DNA of 64,000 nucleotides from an uncultured Gammaproteobacteria bacterium (GTDB lineage: Bacteria > Patescibacteriota > Patescibacteriia > 2-12-FULL-60-25), in contig CAZXZS010000001.1 of the NCBI GenBank assembly GCA_964645655.1, forward strand, positions 478,021-542,020, read 5' to 3'. This document shows positions 24,008 through 32,427 of the stretch, piece after piece (the first letter of the stretch is position 1; every line of letters starts with the position of its first letter). The notes under the pieces were generated by a model. It was not told where the DNA came from and searched no databases. It saw only the letters and a list, made by a program, of their open reading frames with translations. The position numbers were made by a program, and so were the translations under genes.

Positions 24008-25144
24008 TCAGCCGGCCCGCTGGAGCGCCGGGGGCGGTACGAGCGCGCCCCTGAGCCGGGCCAGGAAGTCGGTCGCCTGCGCGTACCCGTCGGCGTGGAT
24101 GTAGTGCGGGCCCTTGGACAGGGTCACCACGTCGGCGAAGAGGTGTGCCAGGTCTCGGCCGGTCGCGGCCCACTGGATGTCGATCACGTGCGCGCGCCAG
24201 TTGATCCGGATGTCGCCGCTCGAGGTCTCGACCGCGAAGCCCGGGCCGTGCCAGCGCTCCTTGCCGGGCGCGTATGGGTTCGGGAGGCGCGTGAAGCGGA
24301 GCGACGGGCCGTCGTAGCCGGCGCGTTCGAACGCCTGGCGGAACGCGGTCTCGATCGCCTGGGCCAGGTGCCCCACGCGACAGGCGAGGTGTGCCTGGTC
24401 GTAGCGCGCCACGAGGATCTCGTCTCCCGGGCGGATGACGTAGGTGCCGGGCACAAGGCGCGCCACCGTCCATCCGTGCTCGTTCCGGGCCAGGTCCGGT
24501 GCGTTCGGGTCTGGACGGAGGTCGATGAGGTCGTCGTTGCGGATCACGCGCTCGGAGTGGATGGCGTAGCGCGCGTCTTGCCGCCGCCGGTAGGCCTTGC
24601 GCACCTGGTCGAGCGTCTGGCCGACGAAGGGCGTCCCCGGGACCACGAGCTCCGTGAAGGCCTGGTCGCAGTCGAGGAAGGTCTCCATGGTCCAGGGCTG
24701 CCGGCAGAACGTGCAGCGCTCCCAGGGCCTCGGGATGGTCGCCCCGCTCTTGTCGAGGGGCTTGGTGCGGTACCAGCCGTCCCAGCCAGGCGCGCGCACC
24801 TTCAGCCGGGCGTAGAATTCCTCCAGCGGGATCACCGTCGGGACGGGCTCGTCCGGACCGTCGGCCATCGGCGGGCCGACGATGGCGCTCGCGGTGCCGT
24901 CCGCCTCGAGGAGGAGCTTCCCGAAGACGACCCAGTCGTGCAGCCTCAGCCCGTGGGCGTGCATCTTCTCGCGGGTGATGACCAGGCGGTTCAGGTCCTT
25001 CAGGGAGCCGATGCGTTCGCGGATGCCTGCGAGCGTATCGCAGCCATCGACCAGCGCATGGGGAGGGTCGCCCCACACCGCGCCGACGCGCTTCCAGATC
25101 TCCCATTGGCGGGTGTTGTGGCGGCTTTTTTTGCTCTCGTTCAT
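24008..25144 (-). CDS. hypothetical protein, dispersed paralog family (partner at 55321-56376)
   Basis: ATG 25144 (MNESKK...). Shared blocks FGKLLLEADG, CTFCRQPWT, HLACR, NPYAPGKERWHGPGF. Confidence 0.6.
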   Translation of the reverse strand: MNESKKSRHNTRQWEIWKRVGAVWGDPPHALVDGCDTLAGIRERIGSLKDLNRLVITREKMHAHGLRLHDWVVFGKLLLEADGTASAIVGPPMADGPDEPVPTVIPLEEFYARLKVRAPGWDGWYRTKPLDKSGATIPRPWERCTFCRQPWTMETFLDCDQAFTELVVPGTPFVGQTLDQVRKAYRRRQDARYAIHSERVIRNDDLIDLRPDPNAPDLARNEHGWTVARLVPGTYVIRPGDEILVARYDQAHLACRVGHLAQAIETAFRQAFERAGYDGPSLRFTRLPNPYAPGKERWHGPGFAVETSSGDIRINWRAHVIDIQWAATGRDLAHLFADVVTLSKGPHYIHADGYAQATDFLARLRGALVPPPALQRAG

Positions 25145-25223
25145 GGGGTGCTCCCGGGGGTCTTGCGTTTGGATGGGGGAACGGCTTCGGGAAGATCCGA
25201 TCGGGCCGGTCAGAAAGCGCCTC

Positions 25224-25252
25224 ATCCTAGCAGGGGATGCGGATCTCGTCAA
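25224..25252 (-). promoter_or_regulatory. sigma70-like promoter TTGACG-17-TAGGAT
   Basis: Minus strand, upstream of 24008-25144. Confidence 0.5.
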
Positions 25253-25320
25253 GGAGTCCGGCGTCGGTGGGCGCGTTGTGCCGACGGTTGATTTTAGGAG
25301 GCCCGCGTTTTAACGATCCC

Positions 25321-25349
25321 TTGACCTGGCGGGGAAAATCCGCTAGCGT
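25321..25349 (+). promoter_or_regulatory. sigma70-like promoter TTGACC-17-TAGCGT
   Basis: Upstream of 25373. Confidence 0.45.
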
Positions 25350-25372
25350 CTACGATTGGAAGGAGCTACCCC

Positions 25373-26074
25373 ATGATTCAGCGTTTCCTGGTCCCGGTCC
25401 TGGTCTGCCTCGCGCTCGGGCTGTCCCTCACCGGCTGTGCCCCCGTCTCCGACGTCCCGGCCCGGCAGGTCGCGGAAGTCGCCGTCGGCAACCCGTTCGA
25501 GACCGATACCGAGTGCACCTCGGCCCGCTGGTCGGCTGGTGCGTGCGATCTCGTGATCGCCTACGCGGAGCACGACATCTCGGTGCAGCCCGGTGGCGTG
25601 TTCGACTGGTACGGCAGCCCCGTGACGGGCCACCTGCCACCCCTCATCTACGAGACCGGCACCCAGACCGGTTCGCCGAACGGCCGGACCATCCGCCTCT
25701 GGGCCTACGACCTGCGCCAGCTCTGGCAGGCCGTCTGCGGCTCGGCCTCGGGTACCTGTGGCGTGTTCGCGACTTACGGCGAGACCGATCCGCTCATCAA
25801 GACGCCGCTCGTCCTTGCGGTCGGGGTGGCGCGCATCGGGGACGCGAACACGCTCGTGTTCCAGAGCGCGTACCAGTTCGCCGGCACCAGCATTTCCGGC
25901 GTCTCCGATACCTACGCGGTCGCCTACGACACCGCCGCGGGCGCCTACGGCGTCACCGGCGCCGCCCGCCAGCTGAAGCTTGTCATCGCCTCGAGCCCCG
26001 TACCCAGCCACCTCACCCCCGACACCGGCGGCGGCCTCTTCTCCGCCACGTACCCCACCTGGACCGCCGACTGA
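25373..26074 (+). CDS. lipoprotein or secreted protein, paralog of 40352-40987
   Basis: GGAAGGAG RBS. Signal peptide with lipobox LSLTGC. Shared CTSARWSAGACDLV and IRLWAY blocks. Confidence 0.65.
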   Translation: MIQRFLVPVLVCLALGLSLTGCAPVSDVPARQVAEVAVGNPFETDTECTSARWSAGACDLVIAYAEHDISVQPGGVFDWYGSPVTGHLPPLIYETGTQTGSPNGRTIRLWAYDLRQLWQAVCGSASGTCGVFATYGETDPLIKTPLVLAVGVARIGDANTLVFQSAYQFAGTSISGVSDTYAVAYDTAAGAYGVTGAARQLKLVIASSPVPSHLTPDTGGGLFSATYPTWTAD

Positions 26075-26090
26075 GTTCGGCGGCTTTTTT
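26064..26090 (+). terminator. intrinsic terminator
   Basis: CCGCCGA / TCGGCGG stem plus T6. Confidence 0.6.
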
Positions 26091-26133
26091 ATTGCCCATC
26101 GCCCGGAGGGACGCCTCGTAGTACCATGGTCCC

Positions 26134-26529
26134 ATGACCGATGACATCAAGGCCTACCACCGCCGCCAGGCGCCAGAGCACGCGGCGATCTGCGACGTGC
26201 TGCGTGGCGAGATCGACCGGCGCCTGCCGGACGCCGAACGGAAGCTTTGGCATGGCAGCCCCGTCTGGTTCTTGGCGGGCAATCCCATCGTCGGGTACCA
26301 CGCGCGGAAGGATGGCGTCCGCCTGTTGTTTTGGAGCGGGCAATCGTTCAAGGAGCGCGGCTTGCGCAAGGAGGGGTCCTTCAAGGCCGCCGAACGACGC
26401 TATGCCTCCGTGAAGGAGGTCCGCAAGGGCGAGCTGGCCCGTTGGCTCAAGGACGCCCGGGCGATCCAGTGGGACTACAAGAACATCGTCAAGCGCAAAG
26501 GGGTCCTGGTCCGCCTGAAAGCCGTTTAA
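26134..26529 (+). CDS. DUF1801 (YdhG-like) domain protein
   Basis: ICDVLRGEIDRRLPDAERKLWHGSPVWFLAGNPIVGYHARKDGVRLLFWSG fits the DUF1801 pattern. Confidence 0.6.
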   Translation: MTDDIKAYHRRQAPEHAAICDVLRGEIDRRLPDAERKLWHGSPVWFLAGNPIVGYHARKDGVRLLFWSGQSFKERGLRKEGSFKAAERRYASVKEVRKGELARWLKDARAIQWDYKNIVKRKGVLVRLKAV

Positions 26530-26620
26530 TTTCCCACTGTTTTCGTGGGTCGGCCGGTGTTTTTTCGGTGCGGAGTCGCCCCGCATACAACCCCTGCCGA
26601 TTTTTTGCTATAGTGCCCGC

Positions 26621-27001
26621 ATGCGGAGGGAAGTGTGGGGGACATCGGCGCGGCTTGCCTGGCAGCGGCCGCGGTTTCGTGCGCTTGTCTTGCTGTTATT
26701 CGCCATCGTCACGGCCGTGAACGTGGTCTTCCTCATGAAGACCGTGGCACCGGTGCGGACCCAGGCGACGGCCATCATCCACTACACCATCTACCTCGGC
26801 ATCGACGACGTGCGCGACTGGCCCTGGATCTTCCTGTGGCCGGCCGTGTGGCAGGGGATGGCGTGCGCGGCCCTCATCGCCGCCCTCGGGGCGTACCAGA
26901 AGGACCATCTCCTCGCCTACGCGCTCGTCATCTGGACCTACGTCTGGTCGGTCCCGTGGGCGATCGGCCTCAGCTATTTGCTCTTGTTTAACTCCCGTTA
27001 G
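26621..27001 (+). CDS. hypothetical small membrane protein
   Basis: ATG 26621. 3-4 hydrophobic helices. Immediately upstream of mraY. Confidence 0.5.
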   Translation: MRREVWGTSARLAWQRPRFRALVLLLFAIVTAVNVVFLMKTVAPVRTQATAIIHYTIYLGIDDVRDWPWIFLWPAVWQGMACAALIAALGAYQKDHLLAYALVIWTYVWSVPWAIGLSYLLLFNSR

Positions 27002-27006
27002 ACGGT

Positions 27007-28056
27007 ATGCCCTCCGACCTCTCCGTGATCCAACCGCTGGCCCTCATGGCCGGCTCCGCCATCCTCGCGTTCCTCACGATGCCGCCGCTGGTGCGCTGGC
27101 TCGCCCAGAACAAAATGGGGAAGTCCATCCGCGATGCGGCTTCCGCTCCCGTCATGTCGGCCCTCCATCAGGCCAAGGCCGGCACGCCGACCATGGGCGG
27201 GGCCGTCGTTTGGGGCGCGGTCGCGTTTTGGGCCTTCGTGTTGGGGCTCGGCTGCCAGCTGTTCCCGGACTCGTTCGTCTGTGACCTCTCGTTCCTGTCG
27301 CGCTCCCAGACGTGGCTGCCGCTCGGTTCGCTGCTCGGGGCCGCCCTCATCGGCCTCGTCGATGACTATTGGAACATCCGCCGGTGGGGACCGAAAGGGG
27401 GAGGGTTGCGCGCGCGCCATCGCCTGTTGTCGTACCTCCTCGTCGCCGCCATCGGCGCCTGGTGGTTCTATTCGAAGCTCGGTTGGCAACATTTGCACAT
27501 TCCGTTCGTCGGGACCTACGAGATCGGATGGCTTTACATCCCGTTCTTCCTCCTAACGATCGTCGCGACCTCGCACTCGGTGAACGTGACGGATGGGCTC
27601 GATGGGTTGGCTGGTGGGCTACTGGTCGCGGCCTTTGGCGCGTATACCGTGATCGCCTGGTCGCAAGGCAAGACGGATCTTGCGACGCTCTGTGCGGCCG
27701 TGATCGGCGCCTTGGTTGGGTTCCTCTGGTTCAACATCAATCCGGCGCGCGTCTTCATGGGTGACACGGGATCGATGGCCCTGGGGACGCTGCTCGCGGT
27801 CGTCGCGCTCATGACCAACCAGCCGCTGCTCCTGCTGGTCATCGGCCTGCCCTTCGTCCTTGAGAGCGCCTCCGTGATCTTGCAGGTCACGAGCAAGAAG
27901 CTGCGCGACGGCAAGAAGATCTTCCGCAGCGCCCCCGTCCACCACCATTTCCAGGCGATCGGCTGGACGGAGCCCCAGATCGTGATGCGGGCCTGGCTCG
28001 TGGCGTTCGTCTGTGCGGGCCTCGGCGGCGTGCTGGCCCTTATCGATTCCCTCTAG
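27007..28056 (+). CDS. mraY: phospho-N-acetylmuramoyl-pentapeptide transferase
   Basis: KAGTPTMGG, NVTDGLDGLA, MGDTGSMALG, HHHF. Confidence 0.95.
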   Translation: MPSDLSVIQPLALMAGSAILAFLTMPPLVRWLAQNKMGKSIRDAASAPVMSALHQAKAGTPTMGGAVVWGAVAFWAFVLGLGCQLFPDSFVCDLSFLSRSQTWLPLGSLLGAALIGLVDDYWNIRRWGPKGGGLRARHRLLSYLLVAAIGAWWFYSKLGWQHLHIPFVGTYEIGWLYIPFFLLTIVATSHSVNVTDGLDGLAGGLLVAAFGAYTVIAWSQGKTDLATLCAAVIGALVGFLWFNINPARVFMGDTGSMALGTLLAVVALMTNQPLLLLVIGLPFVLESASVILQVTSKKLRDGKKIFRSAPVHHHFQAIGWTEPQIVMRAWLVAFVCAGLGGVLALIDSL

Positions 28057-28061
28057 CGCCC

Positions 28062-29180
28062 ATGTCCTTCTGGCAGCGCCTGCGGACCCTGGATGCGCGG
28101 GTCCTCCTGTTCGCGGGTCTCCTGCTGGTCTTTGGGTTGGTGATGCTGCTGTCGGCGACGGCGGCCGTCTCCGCCCAGCATGGCAGCGGGCCCTTCTATT
28201 ATGTCCAGCGCCAGCTCCTGCTCGGCGTGCTGCCGGGGCTCGCGCTTTTCGCCTTTTTCGCGTTCACCGACTACCGCCGCCTCAAGGAATTCGCGCTCGT
28301 CGCCCTCATCCTTTCCATCGTGGCGCTCGTGCTCGTGTACATCCCCGGCATCGGCCAGATCCGCGGCGGGTCGCGGAGCTGGGTGGGGATCGGTCCGCTC
28401 AGCTTCCAGCCCTCGGAGCTCGTGAAGCTGACGTTCCTCGTGTATGTGGCCGCGTGGCTCGCCGCGCGCAAGGGATCCGATGCGCACGACCTCGAAAAGG
28501 GCCTCATCCCGTTCCTGGCGGCCGTGGGGGCGGTCATGCTGCTGCTGGTCCTGCAGCCGGACACCGGTTCCATGGCCGTCATCGTCGGGACGGCGCTCGC
28601 GCTGTATTTTCTTTCCGGGGCGCCGGTCTCCTGGTTCCTGTTCCTGTGCGCCGCAGGCGCGGGGATCGTGGGGCTCCTTATCCGCGTGTCACCGTATCGC
28701 GCCGCCCGGTTCATGACCTTCCTCCATCCTGAGCTTGATCCGATGGGGAAGGGATACCATATCAACCAAGCCTTGCTCGCCATCGGGTCCGGCGGCTTTT
28801 GGGGGGTGGGATATGGCGCGTCGCGGCAGAAGTTCCTGTACCTGCCCGAAGTCGAGTCGGACTCGATCTCCGCCGTCATGGGCGAAGAGCTGGGGTTCCT
28901 GGGGATGGTGGCGTTCCTGGCCCTGTATGGCCTGCTCATCTGGCGGGCGATCGTGATCGCGCGCGAGGCCCGTGACCCGTTCGGCATGTATCTCGCGGCC
29001 GGCATCGCGGCCATGCTCTCGATCCAGCTCTTCCTGAACGTCGGTTCGATGGCGGGCCTGGTGCCGATCACGGGCGTCACGCTGCCGTTCTTTTCACACG
29101 GCGGCTCGGCCATGGTGATCCTGCTTGGCCTGGTGGGCTTGCTTGCCTCGATCCCGCGCGGCAACCTGCGACGCGTATGA
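28062..29180 (+). CDS. ftsW: FtsW/RodA/SpoVE family peptidoglycan polymerase
   Basis: FQPSELVKL, LQPDTGS, SDSISAVMGEELGF, PFFSHGGS. 10-TM profile. Confidence 0.9.
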   Translation: MSFWQRLRTLDARVLLFAGLLLVFGLVMLLSATAAVSAQHGSGPFYYVQRQLLLGVLPGLALFAFFAFTDYRRLKEFALVALILSIVALVLVYIPGIGQIRGGSRSWVGIGPLSFQPSELVKLTFLVYVAAWLAARKGSDAHDLEKGLIPFLAAVGAVMLLLVLQPDTGSMAVIVGTALALYFLSGAPVSWFLFLCAAGAGIVGLLIRVSPYRAARFMTFLHPELDPMGKGYHINQALLAIGSGGFWGVGYGASRQKFLYLPEVESDSISAVMGEELGFLGMVAFLALYGLLIWRAIVIAREARDPFGMYLAAGIAAMLSIQLFLNVGSMAGLVPITGVTLPFFSHGGSAMVILLGLVGLLASIPRGNLRRV

Positions 29181-30265
29181 AGATCGCCTATGCCGGTGGA
29201 GGCTCCCTCGGGCCCGTGACGCCGCTCCTTGCGGTGCATGCTCGGCTCTTGGAACAGGATCCGGGCCTCGAGGCCTTCTGGTTTGGTACGGCCGAAGGGC
29301 CGGAGCGTGCCCTCGTCGAGGCGCGGGGCATTCGCTTCGTACCTGTTCCGGTTGCGAAGATCCGCCGCTTTTGGTCGTGGGAGCAGCTGCTCCTGCCGTG
29401 GCGGTACCTTCAGGCCGTATGGCTCGTCCGGCGCGTCCTGAAGCAGGAGCGGCCCGAGGTGATCGTGTCTGCCGGTGGGTTCACGGCCGTGCCCGTGATC
29501 CGCGTGGCCGCCCGTTTGGGGATCCCGTCCCTCGCGCACCAGCTCGACTGGCTCCCGGGCCTCGCCAACCGATTTTTGGCGGACCGTTGCAGCCTGGTGA
29601 CGTCCTCTTTCGCATACCAAGACCCGCCCTTCGGCAAGGGCGTCCCGGTCCAGCCCGTCCCGACGCCGGTCCAGTTTTCGTTGGACGAGCTGCCCGCACG
29701 GAGCCAGGCCGTGCGCCAGGTCGGGCTCGCGTCTGGCCGGCCGATCCTGCTCGTGATGGGCGGCGGCACGGGCGCGACCGCCATCAATGACCTCGTCGCG
29801 CGCTCCTGGCCCGATTGGCAGCGCCGCGGCTGGCAAGTGATCCACCTGACAGGAAAAGGGAAGGCCGGCGAGCCGCTCACGGGAACGGGGATCGTCCAAA
29901 AGGAATTCTGCTTGCCGGAGGAGATGCGGACGCTCTATGGCGCCGCGGACCTCGTGGTCATGCGCGCCGGGTTGGGCGCGATCTCGGAAGCCGTCGCCCT
30001 GCGCAAGCCGATGGTCCTGGTCCCGTTGCCGGGCTCGGCGCAGGAGGCGAACGCGCGCGTCTTCGCCGAGGCGGGCGCGGCGCTCGTGATCCCGCAGGGG
30101 CAACCGGGATTCGACGACTGGGTCACGAAGGCGGTCCAGCGCGTCTTGCGCGATGCGGCCTTCGCGCGCCTTACGGTCGATCGGGCGGCCAAGGTCATGG
30201 AGACGGACCGGGGGGAGGCGCTGGCGGGGGAGGTGCTGGGACTGGTGCGGGGAGATGGGTTGTAG
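29177..30265 (+). CDS. murG: UDP-GlcNAc:undecaprenyl-PP-MurNAc-pentapeptide GlcNAc transferase
   Basis: ATGA overlap with ftsW. GGSLGPVTPLLAV, VMGGGTGA, RAGLGAISEAVALRKPMVLVPLP. Confidence 0.85.
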   Translation: MKIAYAGGGSLGPVTPLLAVHARLLEQDPGLEAFWFGTAEGPERALVEARGIRFVPVPVAKIRRFWSWEQLLLPWRYLQAVWLVRRVLKQERPEVIVSAGGFTAVPVIRVAARLGIPSLAHQLDWLPGLANRFLADRCSLVTSSFAYQDPPFGKGVPVQPVPTPVQFSLDELPARSQAVRQVGLASGRPILLVMGGGTGATAINDLVARSWPDWQRRGWQVIHLTGKGKAGEPLTGTGIVQKEFCLPEEMRTLYGAADLVVMRAGLGAISEAVALRKPMVLVPLPGSAQEANARVFAEAGAALVIPQGQPGFDDWVTKAVQRVLRDAAFARLTVDRAAKVMETDRGEALAGEVLGLVRGDGL

Positions 30266-30407
30266 CGGATGGCGGTTCTGGCTGGGGACGTGTTCGCGAT
30301 CGTGTCGATTTTCCCTGGCGGACCCCTTTTTCTTGCGGTCTTCCACTCCGTTGCCCAACCTGCCCCCGTTCTGCTAGGCTGGCGGGGATCCTGGCCATGG
30401 GCCGCGT

Positions 30408-31508
30408 ATGGACCTCTCCTCCCTCCGTATCGAATTCGAGCCGTACTTGCGGCGTTTTTTGTTGGAAAAACAGGCGGCGACGCAGGCCTATATCACGGAC
30501 CCTCACCTTCGGGCCTGGCTCACCGAGCCCGAACGCCTGCTCGTCGCCGGCGGCAAACGCGTGCGGCCGCTGCTTTGCCTGTTAGGGTTCCTCTTGTCGG
30601 GAGCGCCGCTCCATCCTGGCGCCTTCGAGGCGGCGCGTGCCCTCGAGCTCTTCCATCTCTTCGCCCTCATCCATGACGACATCATGGACCACGGCCGCGA
30701 GCGCCACGGCGTTCCCACCGCCCACCGCCGCATCGCCGACGCGCTCCAGGCCGACGGCCGGCGCGATGCCGAGCATGTCGGGATGGCGCAGGCGATCATC
30801 GTGGGGGACCTGCTGTTCTCGTGGGCCGTCGAGGCGCTGCAGCGCGCGTCGGTCCCCGAGGGCGTGCGGGCCGAGGCCTTCCGCCTGTTCTTCGCCATGT
30901 CCGACGAGGTGATGGCGGGCCAGATGCTCGACGTCGACCTCACGACCCGGACCGCCTCGTCGTGGGACGAGATCCGCCAGAAGATGCTCCTCAAGACCGC
31001 AGGCTACACCTTCATCAAGCCGCTCCAGATCGGGATCTCCCTTGCGCAGGGGACGGAGGCGCAACATGCCTTCGCGGAGGCGTTCGGTGGGGCGCTCGGC
31101 CTGGCGTTCCAGATCCAGGACGACCTCGCGGACGCGTTCGCCACGGTCGAGGAGACCGGCAAGACCCCGCTCTCCGACCTGCGTGACCACCAGCACTCCT
31201 TCCTGACGCAAGGGCTGCTTGACCGTGGCGATGCGGCGGACCGGGACGCCCTCCATGCCGTGTGGGGAAACGCCGAGGCGACCCCGGACGCCCACGAGGA
31301 CCTGCGGAAACGGCTCATCCGTACCGGCGCCTTCGAGGCGACCGTCGCCGCCTGCCGCCAGGAGGCCGAGCGTGCCAAGGCGGCCTTGAGTCGGATGGAC
31401 CTGCCCGAAGCCGTCCGGCCGCTTTTCGCCGAGCTTTTCTCGAAGGCAATCTCGCTCGAGCGCCTGGATACGCTAGAAACTGTCATGCGTGACCGGTATG
31501 GACGTTAA
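30408..31508 (+). CDS. polyprenyl (geranylgeranyl-type) diphosphate synthase
   Basis: First and second Asp-rich motifs LIHDDIMD and QIQDDLAD. Confidence 0.85.
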   Translation: MDLSSLRIEFEPYLRRFLLEKQAATQAYITDPHLRAWLTEPERLLVAGGKRVRPLLCLLGFLLSGAPLHPGAFEAARALELFHLFALIHDDIMDHGRERHGVPTAHRRIADALQADGRRDAEHVGMAQAIIVGDLLFSWAVEALQRASVPEGVRAEAFRLFFAMSDEVMAGQMLDVDLTTRTASSWDEIRQKMLLKTAGYTFIKPLQIGISLAQGTEAQHAFAEAFGGALGLAFQIQDDLADAFATVEETGKTPLSDLRDHQHSFLTQGLLDRGDAADRDALHAVWGNAEATPDAHEDLRKRLIRTGAFEATVAACRQEAERAKAALSRMDLPEAVRPLFAELFSKAISLERLDTLETVMRDRYGR

Positions 31509-32391
31509 CGCGCGTGATGTCGCCGCCTGCCGCGCCCTGCAGAAGCGGCACGGGACCAGCTATTTCTTCGCGACCCGCTTCCTGCCCGCCCGCCACCGCT
31601 GGGCCGTGCATGCCCTGTATGCGTTCTTCCGCGTCGCCGATGAGATCGTCGACGCCGAGCCGATCTCCGGCGATGCGGTCGCGGAGGCGGTCGCGACCGA
31701 GGCGGCCTGTATCCGCCTGCGTGCCTGGTGGGACCGGTGGCGCGGCGTCCGTCGCGGCGAACCGGCCGATGACCCGGTCCTCCGCCTCACGAACCAGGTG
31801 TTCGAGCGCTACGGCATCCCCGACGCGTATGCCGATGCCTTTTTCGAGAGCATGGAGATGGACACGCGGAAGCATGCCTACGAGACCTATGAGGAGGCGA
31901 AGGCGTACATGTACGGATCGGCGGCGGTGGTCGGACGGATGCTGACCCACGTCCTCGGGTTTTCCGATGCGGCGGCCTTCGAGAAGGCGGACGCCCTCGG
32001 ATACGCCATGCAATGGACCAATTTCCTGCGTGACATCGACGAGGACTGGACGCTCCGCCGCCGCGTGTACCTGCCGCAGGACCGCCTGCGGGCGCATGGC
32101 CTCAGCAACGAGGCGATCGCGACACGGACCTGGAGCGAGGCCTTCGAGTGTCTCATGCGCGAGGAGGCCGAGCGGGCCCATGCCCTCTATCGAGAGGCCG
32201 AGACGGGGATCCGCTTCCTTGCTCCGGAGGGCCGTTTGGGCGTCCTCGTCGCGGGACGGCTGTATGAGGGCATCCTGGCGCGCCTCGAGCGCCAGGGCTT
32301 CAACCCGTTCGCGGGTCGTGCCCGCACGTCGCTCGCCGAAAAGACGGCGCTGGCGTTCGGTGCCTGGCGGGCGGTGGGCGCGTTGCGCTGA
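31489..32391 (+). CDS. crtB: phytoene/squalene synthase family protein
   Basis: GTSYFFATRFLP, YAFFRVADEIVD, NFLRDIDEDW. 20-nt overlap with the upstream synthase. An ATG at 31498 is an alternative start. Confidence 0.85.
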   Translation: MTGMDVNARDVAACRALQKRHGTSYFFATRFLPARHRWAVHALYAFFRVADEIVDAEPISGDAVAEAVATEAACIRLRAWWDRWRGVRRGEPADDPVLRLTNQVFERYGIPDAYADAFFESMEMDTRKHAYETYEEAKAYMYGSAAVVGRMLTHVLGFSDAAAFEKADALGYAMQWTNFLRDIDEDWTLRRRVYLPQDRLRAHGLSNEAIATRTWSEAFECLMREEAERAHALYREAETGIRFLAPEGRLGVLVAGRLYEGILARLERQGFNPFAGRARTSLAEKTALAFGAWRAVGALR

Positions 32392-32427
32392 CCCTTTCCT
32401 TATTCCCAAAACCATCTTTTTCCAGGT

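Noticed and set aside
28271-30358. 695-aa ORF antisense to ftsW/murG, and similarly 31483-33237 antisense to crtB/crtI
   Set aside because: The sense strands encode clearly recognisable enzymes. The antisense frames have Arg/Pro/Gly-dominated composition, as expected from GC-rich third positions.
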